From assembly GCA_010015585.1 (NCBI GenBank), contig ML975151.1: a stretch of DNA of 64,000 nucleotides; one strand, given 5' to 3'. The position numbers and the translations under genes were made by a program. The notes beneath the pieces were generated by a model that saw nothing but the letters and a program-made list of their open reading frames with translations, had not been told where the DNA came from and did no database searches. Positions 12,566 through 26,619 of this stretch are shown here, one piece after another. Each line of letters opens with the position of its first letter. Position 1 is the first letter of the stretch. The stretch comes from Eremomyces bilateralis CBS 781.70. Its lineage: Eukaryota.

Positions 12566-14362
12566 TCATCTACATCGCCGTTTCCATCCTACACCGCCAT
12601 CTGAGGTTCTCTCCGAAACGTACAGTGATTTGTCTGTACGGGTACTCTCCCTGGTATCCTCCAGGTGATTCAACTCTTCAAACTGCCTCTTTCGCCTCGC
12701 CACCGAGCACTTCACCTTCTTCTCCCATTGATCGCCACCATCCTTCCCCGGTTCTCCGCTGACAACAGCCAGCGCCTCGTCCAACAGAGCGCGCCAGTAC
12801 TTCCGCTCGCCCTCCCGGGCCGTCTTCAGTATGCCGTCCGTGAGCACCGTTGCCCAAGGGTTCACAGCATTGAGTACACATTCGCTTAAGGTCAGCTCGA
12901 CAACCGACCGAACTTCTTCCTTGGGGAGTGTCTCTCGGGTAGCCTTGCACGAGGGGTGGGTAAGGATGAAGAGAAGCCAGGCTGCGACGGCTTGTCGGAA
13001 AGGATCTAGACATGGGTCGAGGGATGAGAACAGCTGTTCGAAGAGTAGGCTGAGTGCATGCTTGGTAAATGTCTCCAGGAATTGATATGAGTGTGATGAT
13101 CGGGTCGGAATGCAGAGACTAGTAAGAAGAGGTGACCAGAGGTGGAAAGCACCTGTGAGAGGGTCATTCCAACTATCATCGGCGTGTTAGTAGGTTGCCC
13201 AAATTGTAAGAGTGTTTCGAGTCATTCAATTTACCTTCGGTTTGCCGGGATAAGCATCTTCTCTTGGAACAGCGCTTCAATCAGAGCCTGCCTCCCCGAG
13301 TAGGTCTCCAGCCATGCCAGACACCTTGTAACTGTTTCAGGTGTCCCCGTTCCACTCCCGGTTTTCTGAGATGAGTTCTTTTTCACCTCCGCGATCCGAG
13401 CATTTCGATACGCCTTCAAAGAACTCTTCACCTCCTCGGCCAGCCGCCCGCCATGGACTGGCACATGTCGCTTCTGTGGCGTGAGGACTGGTTCCTCCAG
13501 CTTCTTCCAGAACTCATGCCAGAGCCAATCGAGGGCTTTCTCAAGCGCTGGAAGTAGCAGGGTGGTGGGTGGCATCTCGTGGTGGGCGATTCGATTCCGG
13601 AGGAAGACGAGGTTTCTTGGAAGACCGGTTCGGATTGCCGCGCTGAGGAGTGGCATATGGGGTGCATAATTGTCGCAGGTAGTTGTGACAACACTGTAAT
13701 TGATTATTAGACGGTGCCGTTCTCGTGATTTATGGCTTTCATGCGGAATATTGGATGTGGGGGGCCATCCATTTCGTCTCTTCCCATGGCCCGTCCCCCC
13801 TGTGTTCCCTTTGAGAGATCGGGACGGGAGCAACCGATATAATCATTCAACTAAAAGGGGATGACCATGGCGAAGGATGGAAGAAGGATTCTACCGCGTG
13901 ATGGACAGTTCGGCGGCCGGACGGTATGTTTTAAATCTTTAACAGCAGGACCGCAAACTTACCGATGCAGGGCAAGGGCAAGCATGGACTTCTTTTCATA
14001 TTGATCCAGCTCCTTTTTCTCTTGCCTCAGCAGCGCATCCACCAGGATAGCCGTACATTCGACTGCAATGGGGACATTTCGGCCGCAGTATTCATAGATT
14101 TGGACCTGTTGATATCAGCCTGGATTCAACCATAAGGAAGACCGAAGTTGAACGCGAATTGATCAAAATCATTTCATCCCGAGCCGTAAGACATCATTCA
14201 AGCTTTAAACTCGACATAGAATGGATATAAACTTACGGTCTCGACGGCATGAGCCTTAGCGGCGCGGGCATCACCGCCTGCACGGTTTGCGGTGAAGAAT
14301 TCATCACGAAGAACCAGCAGCTCTTCGAAAGACTCGAAAGCGGTTGCTTCCCGATATACCAT
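12566..14362 (-). CDS. LAS1: Las1-family HEPN pre-rRNA (ITS2) endoribonuclease; exons 14362-14237, 14105-13963, 13693-13235, 13172-12566
   Basis: N-terminal Las1-like pattern (EELLVLRDEFF, VPIAVECTAILVDA, GLPRNLVFLRNRIAHHEMP, ALDWLWHEFW) and C-terminal GAFHLW, NPW and GVGWK motifs. Confidence 0.8.
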
Positions 14363-15134
14363 TGTCAATTATGTTATAAGAATGCCTTCATATCCTCGAC
14401 AAGTAAATAGTACAGATACTTGATGTAGTTGTTTTGCAGTTGGACGTGGGTGTGAAATTCCAAGTTTGGTGGCAATATCGGGCCAGATCGATGGGGAACC
14501 AACCTCCAATGAGAACTCACAATCCACCTATTTACCTGTTTTGGCGGTATGAACTCGCTGACACCCAAATTCCGGCATTGTATGTCTGCTTTTAAATGCG
14601 ATATAGAGAAAACCACTGTCAATTCATTTGAAGCCCCTAGAATATTCAATGAGTGGGAGGAATTGGAGCCTAGATCTGTGCGGAGTTCCCATAACATCCA
14701 GAAAGGAATCGTTATCATTGTCCCCCTACACGACACAACCAAGTCGAGAGTAGGAGACATTAGCCCCATCGATCCAAACACATGGACTACCATAATCAAC
14801 GGGTGTAGGTCGAGGGCTGCTCCTCGCAGAGAGACATGGTTTCACATCAGAGTATCGTGGTAATGAACTCAACAAACTGGTCTCGATGAGCCACTACCCT
14901 TCCGCAAATATCAAGCAGTATGAAAGGTATATGCACTTGTGTAAGATTCAGAACAAGGCGGATGTTGCGGTCAGTTCATCTCATTCAAGACACCATTGAT
15001 GGCTCTCGGGTATGCTCTATAATACAACCAATCATAAGGGCGTTATCTAGATCTATGTCATAAACCAGGTTCGTCAATTATAACTGCGTCCTGACGCATC
15101 CCCGCGTATCAATCCAATCCAGCAGACATCCACG

Positions 15135-16460
15135 TCAAGCCCAATGCCCATATCGACGCACATCGATTACATCTCCCCCGCGCTGGCGCCCTTCAGGCTG
15201 CCAACCTCTCAAATCCCTCTCCCACCACTCCCCTCCCACCACCCCGACTTTCCCGCCATCGCCCGTCACCACCACGTCTTCCTCGTCAAAGAAAAACGAC
15301 TGCCCAGACATATTCGTTGGAATCTCGCCGGCCACCAAGTGCTGCAGTGCAGGATCCAGTGCCGTCTCCTGGGGCTTCTGCATTCTGGACACTCCACCCC
15401 CTATTCTAGCCATAGTGTTCGCCTGAGCCATGGTCGCCATCGACATTTGCGACATCCAGGGCGCATCGTCTGGTGTCAGTGTGGCTTTCTGCTCGAGTTC
15501 GGCCACGCTAGAGTCGGAGGCAGTGGAACCGGTCGCATCGTTCTCGACGTCCGCAGGGTTATCGTCGGCGTCCGCATCGGCCATCTCCGAATCGTCGCCG
15601 TCGCTCGAGGGGGCGGGCTCGAATGTTTCGGCGAGCTTGAGGCCTTTGCCCGTGATGGAGTGCAGGTCGGAGAATAAGGAAGCCACGGCATTGGGTGCGT
15701 CGTACAGGCCCATGCCAATGAGTTCATCGGAAGGCTTGCGTGATAATGACGGATGAGGTGAGGAGGTACGGTCCTGTTGATTTTTCTGTTCGACTCTGTC
15801 ATGAGGTGATATGTGCGCTTCGGAATGCAAGTGTTGAATGGGTAGACAGTCGATACGAGGGTGGGAGCGGGGGTGGGTGAAAGGTTCCCTTTTAGAGGAC
15901 GGATGGTTCCAAGTGCGAGAGCGGTATGAAGAGGTCTCGACCGCCGAATGTGGGTGCCGACGGAGACCATGATAAGGGAGTGGTTCAGAGGGAACACACG
16001 ATTGGCGCCAGGTGTCGATATCTCTGGCAGATCCCGCCGGACCTTGGCGTTGGAGGAGCCCCAGGTTCTCATTCGTGAGGCTTGCGATGTTGGGGACTCC
16101 TACAGCATAGTCCGCAGCGGTTTGGTCCGCAAATTCCTGTTGTTGCCGATAAACTCCAGGGGCAGATGGTCTTTCTTGCATGGGCGTATGACCCAGGTTC
16201 GTAGTTGGATGCCAGCTCAATGGTCTCGACGAAGCTGGTCGAGGCGCCGGGTGGAGGGTGATGGCGCCCTGGTCATCACCAAATATGAACCGGTAATGTT
16301 CTTCGAGTCCTCCATACTGCTTTGACGATACGGTCGTCCGTCGCTTGTCAAGGACTCTCGGACTGCTTTGGATGCTTCGAGATTTCTCGATACCATTGGG
16401 TCGAGCTGAATGGGAGAGAGACCCGCGGGAATACCGCCGTATATTCTGAGTTGATGACAT
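15135..16460 (-). CDS. Conserved fungal hypothetical protein (441 aa, mostly disordered)
   Basis: Long ORF with ATG start. The short motifs RPLSWHP, DELIGMGLYD and GKGLKLAETFEP resemble an uncharacterised Pezizomycotina family. An upstream exon is possible. Confidence 0.7.
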   Translation of the reverse strand: MSSTQNIRRYSRGSLSHSARPNGIEKSRSIQSSPRVLDKRRTTVSSKQYGGLEEHYRFIFGDDQGAITLHPAPRPASSRPLSWHPTTNLGHTPMQERPSAPGVYRQQQEFADQTAADYAVGVPNIASLTNENLGLLQRQGPAGSARDIDTWRQSCVPSEPLPYHGLRRHPHSAVETSSYRSRTWNHPSSKREPFTHPRSHPRIDCLPIQHLHSEAHISPHDRVEQKNQQDRTSSPHPSLSRKPSDELIGMGLYDAPNAVASLFSDLHSITGKGLKLAETFEPAPSSDGDDSEMADADADDNPADVENDATGSTASDSSVAELEQKATLTPDDAPWMSQMSMATMAQANTMARIGGGVSRMQKPQETALDPALQHLVAGEIPTNMSGQSFFFDEEDVVVTGDGGKVGVVGGEWWERDLRGWQPEGRQRGGDVIDVRRYGHWA

Positions 16461-18032
16461 TCAGTAATGATGGGATCACACCAGGAGTTGGACTAATGGT
16501 GATGGGAGGGAGGGAGAAGGATATGGCAGGATATATGGCTTTATTCTCAGCACATGATCAATAGGTCCGAGGTGAGGGCTGATGTCCCATATAGGGTCCG
16601 AATGATCCCACGTAATGAAGTGGGATATGAAGAGGACTCGGATGACGGGATGATGTATAAAAAGGAATGGTCAACTCCGATCCGCTAGGGATGCTCCGAA
16701 CCAGATAAACGTGGTGAAGCGCAATCTACTAATGACTGGGTCAAAGGAAACGACTCAAACGATGGGTCTGAGCACGGCAAGCTTGATATTAGGGGCCCTT
16801 TATGGATAAGGAAAAGAATATGGAAAACAATATCAGCCATTCGGGCATTAATGAAAAGGGACTTTGGGACAAAGTGTGGGTATAAACCTAGACCCCGTTC
16901 CTCAGCTCCGTGGCACGGGCAAGGGCAAGGAGAAGAATGGATGCTGGGCGGTGTTAGTTCAGACTTCACAAACGGGACAGGATGAGCAAGGAAATTGCAG
17001 CAGGCTCGATCCTGAGCATCGACAAACCCGTGTGAACCGTTAGAGTTCGTGGGCGGCGGGATGCCGCCGGTGTTGATGCGATGGAACGAATAGTCAGGAT
17101 AGACCACGGTGAAACTAGCGAGGTCCAGTGCCTGATGGACGTTGTCATTGTCGCACCCCTGGGCTAGGATCCGGACCACTTTACTTCCAGCGGTTGCTAA
17201 GGGTGCGGACGGGCTGAGGTCTATTACGGGTGTGGATGTGTTGCGTCAGGGTTATGCATGTGTGAGCGGGAAAGTGGGAGGAAACAAGAGAAGTATGAAG
17301 AGACAAGGTGCGTGCGTGGAGCGGGTAGTGTTGCATGAAGAGGGGCTGTGACATTCGGAGTCGTGAGCCATTGAGCTCGGAGAGTGGAGAAGAGACAAGA
17401 GACGATCAGACGACGAAGGAAAGGCGTGGACAGGCCTCACAGGACTGGATGAGAGGGTCAAATGCTCCAAGAGTCAAAGCATGGTGTGCCGTGCCGATGG
17501 TGACAGGGCCTTAACGAAAAGGAAACGAAACTGAAAGTCAGGGATGGTGCTACCTTGAAAGTAGTGCTGTAGTTACAAAGCCGCTTGGTCCACCGGTCGA
17601 CAAAGGCTAAACATCTGGCAAGTGGCAGGAAAAGAAAAAGGCTGTAGAGGGGCTGGCAATCGGTTTCGGTGGTCCGCTGAGAATAGCTGCAGGAAGGGGG
17701 GAAGGATTGGGTGCAGGCGGATGTAAAATTGGCGACCTGGGATCAAATCACGCTTGGCAGGCCGAAGGCCTGAATCTGAGGGGCGACGAAAAAGGCGGGG
17801 CCGTCCATGACCATCTTCGTGTTCTCGGTCCTGAGTCCTGGCGAGGACGTTGGTTCAAGGTCATGGGGAAATGGAAAGGAGGGATGAAGGGCCGAGCGAA
17901 TCACGAACCATCGCCGGGTCTGGCATCATAAAACGCTCAAACCCATCAAAGGAAGCAAAAGCGGTCAAAGGAGCCGGTTAGCGCTATCATGGCTCGATCG
18001 CAAATTCCCAAGGGCTCAAGGAGGCGAAGGCG

Positions 18033-18062
18033 CCAGTCGGCCAGTCGGCCAGTCGGCCAGTC
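18033..18062. repeat. (CCAGTCGG)x~3.7 octamer tandem repeat
   Basis: ccagtcggccagtcggccagtcggccagtc read directly. Confidence 0.8.
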
Positions 18063-21000
18063 CTCCAGCCGTGTCATGATGGGGGTTTCCTCATTTGTTG
18101 AATGGGAATTGATTGACGTCTGACGATGAATGGAAATCCAGGGGCCCTTGTGGAGCAATGAGCAAAGGACTACACGCTGCAGGTCAGCAAGGTCCATCAA
18201 AAGGAAAGGTGTGCACTGTGGGTTGTGGACTTGTGGAATGTGGTCCCATGGACCATGGATAACATGCTGCTGCAACGAAGATGCGTCCGGCAGACGAGGA
18301 CCAGTACCAAACACGGATAGATCAGGGGACAGGTAGCCGGCGCGACTCCGGGATATTGCTGGAGTGTAGACTGAAGACTCTGATTAGAGAAGATGCTTTG
18401 ACACCCATCATGATAAACCACAAGGCCGCAACGGAACCTAGCATGGAACGACCGGCATCAGCCAGTCACCTGTTTGGCGAGGAGGCCGGGAAGAATCCGA
18501 CAAGCCAAAGAAATTATTGAACAGCAAGGAGCCAAGGACTTACCGAGTAAGGTGGTGCATCAAAGTACGTTAGCCGCATGGGCTTAACGGCGCCACCGTT
18601 TTAACCAATCATGCCATGCCGAAATGCCTAGTTGGATGGTTTTTGGGTGAGGGGGCGGCGATCTTGCATCGGAACCGTGGGACTGGGGATAGAAGATACA
18701 TGTACGAGACTCTAACGAGAGGCATGGTCGGCTTAAGCCTCACAGGCTGGCGTTTCGGGAAGAGAGCCATTTCTGAGTCGCATTTGCACCACCGGTAATC
18801 CACCATCCTGCTCAATTTGCCTATAGCCCCATACCCCCGCCGGCGCCGCCATCCATCCAAAGGCCAAAGTCCTTCTGAGTTCTGATCTGCCTCTCGGTCC
18901 CTCCCCAGTTAGTATCATCACGGTGTCCACTCTACGTATAGAGTGGCCAGAGCGGGACCTTTTCCAGCCGACGGGATCCTGCTGGCGGCTACCCACTCCC
19001 GGTCGGGCAAGCCCTGTGCCAAACTGCCAATGCAGGACGCGTGCACTAATATTGGTCCTTTACACAATTAGCGTCAATTACATGGTAGTGGCTTAATGGG
19101 TGATGGATCAGCATTTGGGCATGCGATGCCCATGGTCTAGCAGGGACATGCGGTTGCCTTCGCGTGTTCCGCCGCGTCCCATCAATTCCATGTCCCAATT
19201 TTGGCTCAGCCGCAGCCCCAGTTCGGGTCCACAAGAGCAGGCTTCCAGAACCGCCGAGTAGAGAATCACGGTCCAACGGGTTGCTGATGCACCGAACCGT
19301 ATGGAGGACTTTGATTTGAATATCGTATTGCATTGAAATTGACAGGGTACGGAGTGCAATTGTGCTGCCTGCGTCGGTGCTCCAAGATGTGAGATGAAGC
19401 CCGTGGCCAAATGAAGCGAAAGTTATTGATCATTTATCTGGACCGCAGGAGCCGGAGAGCTTGTGTAGCGTGTCAGGTTTGCAACAAGCCCAAGACAATC
19501 GTAATTGCTCGGGTCGCCGGCCAGAACGCCTTGAACCTTTGATGCGGAGCCTCGTGAAAGAAATGCCATTTTTGGCGAACAGCCGGAGAAGATCTTTCTT
19601 TCCTTCACACTAATAATCAGTGATGAGGTTGAACTGTCCTGTATTACTGCGCTTCCGTGAAAACCACAAGACGTATTCCGTGTTTGTGTCAGCAATCCGC
19701 TTAGCACAGTAGCAGCACCATCTCACGACTCACGTCACATCGCTCAAGCATGACAGCCCGTCTCGTCGATCTTTTCGTACAAATGAAACGTAGGCTCAGT
19801 CAGAACTTGGAACTTGGAATTGAAAATTGAAAGCTTTTGATGGAGAATTACCTCGACTAACAGAGAAATCCTCCAGAAAGCGCCACCATCCACGGATGCT
19901 TCAAGTTTTAGTACCCACTACACTTTGACTGTTAAGAGACATGCATGTGGGATGCAAGCGATCAACTCAAGTTCCTGTGGACTGTGCAGACAATCTGAAT
20001 CTTCGTCGGCTTCGGCGCCTTCAGGCCCTCAGGCCTTTAGCAGACCGCAGTGTAATACAAAGTATCTTCACTTTGGTCTACTGGAGACAAGTCAGCCAAT
20101 CCCGTGCGGTGACGGAGTACAGGCATCTGAATGCCGCAGCCCGCAAACCTTTCAGTCAAGCAGGAATAATTCCTGGTGGTGTGGCGCTCATCAGTGGCCC
20201 TGCCGTCTGCTGAGGACATCATCCTCTGATATGGAGGCTCGGGGAGAGTTTACGGACCGCGATCTCTGTTTGCAACCCTTAAAACCCCAGTTTATGATAA
20301 TTGCCTAGGTTTCAAATATTGCTTGGAGCCTTGAACGCCACCTTCGCGCTTTGGGTGACTCACAAGTATCGTAAGTGACACGCTTCTCGTCGATCGCTAT
20401 TATCTGGCCAACCTGATGCTGCTTGTCGGGGAACGTACTTGTCGGCCCAGTTGTCTCGGTTAGCATGGGATAGCCTTGTCTGCGCCGTGCTCATGGTTCG
20501 GTTGGATGTCAGGTGTTTAACCTCAATTGGATAACTCCGATATTATACCTAGGTGCATGGAGGGTGGATGCAGATTGCGGAGGATCTGATACAGGTCTGC
20601 CGCAATGTCGCGTATGACAGTCACACTGCTCGATCCCTTCCTGCTTTTCCTGCGTGGCTGTCTAGTTAACGTGGCACATGTTTCGGTAGAGACATAGTCA
20701 CTTCGACCCTGCAAGTTGTACAGGTTTGCACAGGTGATAGCATGCTCCATTGGCCTCAGGAGACGATGATATTGACGCCTCGTAGGACCCGTTGGCCCTT
20801 CTGGAAAGAACCGAGATCATTCGACTAAACGAGTCGACGGAGTCATCCGTTCGCACGCTTGCATCAAATAGTTTGTTGGCGCCTGTCTTCCGTCTTGGGA
20901 GATGGTTTCCCTACCGGAATTTAGCGTCTTTGTAAGGTTAGAGTGCTAATATTTCCAATTCATTGCACATCTGCACGGCTTCGCAGTTACAAGGATGTGG

Positions 21001-24000
21001 AAAATGGAACCGCCGTTGAAACTCAAATGCCTAGAACAAATGTCTTCAATCTCGATGAAGCTGCAATGATCGACAATTAAGTTGGCCAAGCCACAGGGAT
21101 CAGTAGATGGACGCCTTCTGGAGTTTGGGCATATTATGGTCACTGGTGATAGTCGGCGTGTCCGGTTGTGGTCTCAATTCGACGAATGATGCTTGAGAAA
21201 ACTAGCCGCATATATCAAGAGTTCTAGCCACTGGGGCAAACAGGTTTGACTTTTGAGGCATGTCCACGCGGCAAAATGAACGGAGAGCAAGGGTTGTCGT
21301 TCCCGCGGACTAGAAATGTCCTAACAGCGATCATCGGCGGTCGGTGGGGTATTCAGATTCAGATATGTCTGTATTCTACGTAGTGGATACCCGGTAGGGG
21401 GGCTTGGAGTATCAGAGATCTAATCACCCACGTACGGGTAAGCGGGAATTATGGTTGGAAACCTGGCGGGACGCATGACGCCCCAAGCATTCGACATGCT
21501 GACGATGGTTCTCGTTTATGGACAGCGGCGTCGTAACACGAAAATAGGTTCGACAATAATAGCGGCATGTAAACAGATCCTCGGATGTGGCTCTGTGCTG
21601 CTAATTTGCCAAAGGAAAACGCAAGTCCGAAGCCTGCTTTCTGTGTGCGAGTTCATGTCATACGCTGGTCTGAAGCATCGAGATTCCTGCTTCGCATAAA
21701 ATTGCGACTCGCATGGCTGGATCTGTGTGGCCACGATTTCTGCGAGTTGATTGACGCCACATCTTGCTTTTCCTCTTCTGACCCCCTGGCATGTTCGGGA
21801 GAGGGCAGAAAGCGGGACATCCGGGGCTAGGAGTGCCAGGATCTGGGATGTGGGCCCAAAGGAACAACAATCAGACAAATATTCACACAATAGAATCCCG
21901 GTCCACTGGGGTATTAAGCGATGGGCATGCAAGGAATGGATTTTCGGTCGTTTCGGTGGCCAAGCGTGCAATATCCCATGTCGCGCCTCTCCCATGGAAC
22001 ACTCGTGGTTGGATGGGATCATTAGACCCCGTCCCAGATGTCGAAGTCCGAACAGGGCAAACATTCTGGGCGTCTGGTCCCTCAGCACGCCATTCGTCGA
22101 TTCAAAGCCTTCGGAGTCTTGAGCATCGTGTGCCATCGAGGTTTGAACACAATCAGGGTATGTAAAGTGATCCAGAACCGAGACAGGATTCAGAGAAATA
22201 TCAATAAAAATGCAAGGGAGCCTATTTCAGCTAAAGCATGTCGGGTAAGCATGTAGGGATTTCAAGCACCCTTCGACCCTCGGTCTATTACTTAGGTATC
22301 CGGCCCTAAGTCCAGTCGTCCTGCAGATCGTTTCATACTGTTGCTTTGTGGATGTGTCGCTTTGAGGCTTTTAGCCTTTAGGAGGGACTTCGCGAGCAAG
22401 GTGGACTCCAGATGATCTGCTCGAAGCCGTCTGATTTTGTGGCTTCCGAACATCTCCGGCTTTCAAACTGTACTACCCCGCGAGAGCGGAGTGCAGTGTT
22501 CAGTAGAACATCACACTCTACAGTTTGTCTTCGGCTCATGTTGTAGGCTTGTCACCGTCTATCCGATCCACAAGTGAACGAATAGTTTTTTCAACTTGCA
22601 AGTTGCAGCCATGCGATGGTGTCGGCCTTTTTTGTGTCTGTCGCCCCACGCCAATATTGATAATCCCGTTGGCTGGACCGAGTCATATGAGTAATGAGAG
22701 AGAAGGGGCTCAAAGTTCAAACTCGGCGTAAGTTAGCGCTGGATCGTCAGAGGATTCGATCTAGTCTTCCCAGAAGATCGGCTCCGAAATGAGGATTTGT
22801 TACAGGAGATTGAAGATGGGAACAAATTGCAGTGGGTGGCTGCATTTTTTAGTTCTCCCACGCCGATAATTAGATCTCAGGGTTTTGAACACCACGCCTT
22901 TCTTGTACAACCGCATCTGAAAGTTGGTCGGCTTCAATTGGTCCCGCATTAACACTGCGTATTCCCACCATAACTGGTCACTGTTGTTTCCTCAGGGAGC
23001 TGATGCGGCAAGGAGCCTTGTGGCGGAGTTCATCTGAACTAGGTAGCCCGTCCATCATCGAGAAGCCAGTTACTAATATCTATATTGCAGCAGGGGGCCT
23101 TGGGCAGAGGACGACTCGTTTAAAGTGACTCCAGAAGGCGGAGGAGGCTGGAACTTTGAGCGACGAGTGATGACGCATTCGGTGTGCGAGCGTGGTACCT
23201 TTCGGCCTGTGAATCTGTGAATCCGTGACTTCGTATCCTCCAGATCCCAGTAACCGTTTCAGACGGCAGATGCTTGGAACTGCCTGCCCAATTGGCAAGT
23301 GTGGGTCTAGTTTTTCCTCACAGGTGCAAATATCCTTGTCTCTGAGGCGGGCAGTTTAACTCAGTGTCTAAACCGTCCAACTATCGTCCGGGACCGTGGT
23401 TCGCGGACACCATACGCAGTATATTTATCCATATCAACCTTTTTATTGACAGTCCTGCCTTTTTGACGGGAACGGCTGACGCATCTTCGCACTTCTCGAG
23501 ATCGCCGCATGAGGCGATATTACTCGGTTCTCCTTACCCCGGACTCTTCATTCAATCCCCATGCGCGATTGTTGTAAGGAGTCGTACAAGGTGCTGCATG
23601 CAATGGCAGGGCGGGCCAAGATCGCTGGGAATATCGTCCGCATTCAATATCTCCAAAGAGACTCCGGATATCGGCGTCAAGCTACAGATTGCCTGGCGCA
23701 CCTCGCCTCCACTGTATCTGAAGGCCGGCCGACCACCACCAGCGCCAAAATGCTGTGCTAGGAAACGCTGTCACCGGTCGGAACAGGGAGGATGCTGAAA
23801 TACGAGAATCGTGCTGACATCCTGAGGAACTTGCTTGACATGTTGCAGTCGTCTCGGCGTTGGCGTCGCCGTAGGATCCGCATGTCTCCTGAGCGCTTCC
23901 ATTATTGCACAATTTCGCGGCTGGGATTAGCACTCTCCTGCGGGAGATGACTGATGAGTGTGGTGTCGGTTCTGCACTCCTGCGGACCCGAATGGAAAGA

Positions 24001-26619
24001 ACAAGGAAGCCTTTAGCTGGGCCCCTTTGGACGAACTCGTCTAACTGACGCAACCATCTACACCTCAAGCCAACGTTACAGCCATCGCCCATCAGTAAGT
24101 TAAGCGATCAACACTGCAACCAGCAGGACCTGAAAGTTGGCATTGGCGATGGGTGACGAGTTATGATAGGTACAGGTTCACTCCTCTCCAAGCGGAGGAT
24201 TGGATGGATTCAGACCAAAAATTTGATCTCCGAAGTAAAGTTCGGCCTTCGCCGGAGCAGTAGTATATTGCCGCTCCTCAGTCACCATAGGGGTGCTCCG
24301 TCATGTGTGAAGTGTGAAGGTTTTAGTGGTTCGTCTCCTTACATCATCGTCAGAACCGAAAACGGCATCGCATTATGCGTCAGGTTTCCAGGCAACACCA
24401 TTTGAGTCCTTTCATTCTGTCGTCTACAATATACACCACCGACATCAGTGACCTTCAACAATCAGTGACAGTATTGTTATCATGGCAAGGAAAAATACCA
24501 GTAAGAGATGTGGGGTTTTTTAGTCGAATTGTTCGATCGAACATTGACTATTACCCCCTTTTCAACCAGTGATTGAATATAATTCTCTCGTGAGGTTTTC
24601 CAACCAACCGAATCCGAACGTTATAGGCTCATTTTGTTTATGTTTGATCATTATCAACTCTGAGTCAATGATCTTCTGCCGAGCAGTGGCACAAAACAGG
24701 GGAGCTCGATGCCCACAGTAACATTCGCTTGAAGTTTGGCAGTTACAACATACTTTACCCTATCCCACCATCTATGGCTATCCGCCCATTGTTGGTGGAT
24801 TCCGTGCCTTTCGCCTCCAGAGAATAGCCTTGAACTGGCTTGGGATACCGTGGAATCAATACATGACCAAGGATTCTCAGCCTCACGATGAAGCAGAGTC
24901 CTACCAGTAACTGAACCACCGAGGAGCCTAGAACTGGCGGACGAAAGAGTCGGAACGTCATGCTTCTTGGGACAACATCGAATATGGCAGACCATGGGGA
25001 TCATCAGACTGCTTTTGGCATTATTGTTGGCATCTAGGCTTTGTTGGAGAACTTTGGGTGTCGGTCAATGAACATCTTCATGACTACGGCAACATACATG
25101 ATCGACAAAGGATGCATTCTACTCGAAGAGTTTGCGAGCACTTCCTACGAAAACCGGGACGGTTGTGACCATTCGGTCCTGCCGTGAGCTTGAAGTGGAT
25201 CTAAGAAAGTCTGATTTGCTTGCACCACCGACCTCAGCAATAACAGGGGTTGCTGGTGAGAAGCTTCTTTAACTCGGCTGAAGAAATGGTCGATTGTTAT
25301 CTGACCGAAAGGCTATCCTCGACGACAGCCGAAATTTACTCAACAGTCTACGCTATCAACGACGAAGTCTGTATACACCCCACTAAACGTCGTTCCATAA
25401 AACGATTTAGAAGGTTTCAATAACACTGATCGTAAAATCCCCTAGAGATTTGAGATTATCTATTGATCTTGTGTAGCAGAGCAAATTTACCGGCTCTTGT
25501 TAACTACTTCGTGTCTTCGAATATAGAATGCCCATATGCGATCCGCATTCCAACAGACCATCAACAGTTCTAGATCTCAAATACCACGACTGTATCACTG
25601 AAGCGAACTGTACACGCACTCGGTCCAGGTACTGAAGACAATAAGGAACTATGACCTTCCCTCCAATTTACTGAACCCTTATCAAGTTCACCGGACTGTG
25701 ACTCATCACGGAGCACAGTGTTTCGCCGTCGTGTTGTGCACTGTTTCCTCAATAGGAGCATGCGTACTCGACTGCTGGTGATGAAACCTGTCCGCGACCA
25801 TGTCGGGAGATGTTGTGATATGGTGACACATGGAGGAACAAGAACACATATTCCACAAACCAAGGTTGTAGAGGGATCCACCCTAACACTTCAACGATAC
25901 CCGAGTCTAGAGAATATGCCACAATTCAAATAGTGCAGAGTCGGGACATCCGGACTTTCCCACCGCTTGATATTACAGTCAAGGCAATCACTGTGGATGC
26001 AGTGTTCTTCAATTCCCGTCCATATTTTTCGGACACCATCGAGTACTTCACTAGTAGCACTGTGCATGATCTTTCCATGCCACCCTACTCAATCCAAATA
26101 TTTCTCGTCCGCTTGTGTATGCGGAAGTTCTCGACTCCTGGACAATGCGGGCTACTGTTGACGTACAATGCCGGGATACAGGCCACAGGAAGTGTTCAAG
26201 ATTTAAGGACCAGTGCAGAATTTCCATATCATTTCTTTGAAGCTCAAATCCAAAGTAACGGAAGCGCTTCCGTTGTGTCATTCAGATCATCCTGTTGAAG
26301 ATCGGTTCCAGGGAGTTGGAACCTCCTAACTTCATTTTCGTTGATATCATGTCGGAAATTAAGTCTTCCGGAACTTCAGGGGTTTAGTCATGGCCCAGCA
26401 CATCCACTAAAGTGTATCAGTAGCGCTGGTGGCAGTACGATGCCGGAGACTACGAAACTGGTTGTAGTCCGAGGATTGGATACTGATATGGCTACACGTT
26501 CAAAAGGGAACCCTTGATCTGTGTGATTTGCGGATCGCCCGACTACACCCGGAAGATACACTTCATTGTAGCGGCAACCATTCATTCCCTTCGTATTGCA
26601 CTGCGAGGAAAAATCTTCC

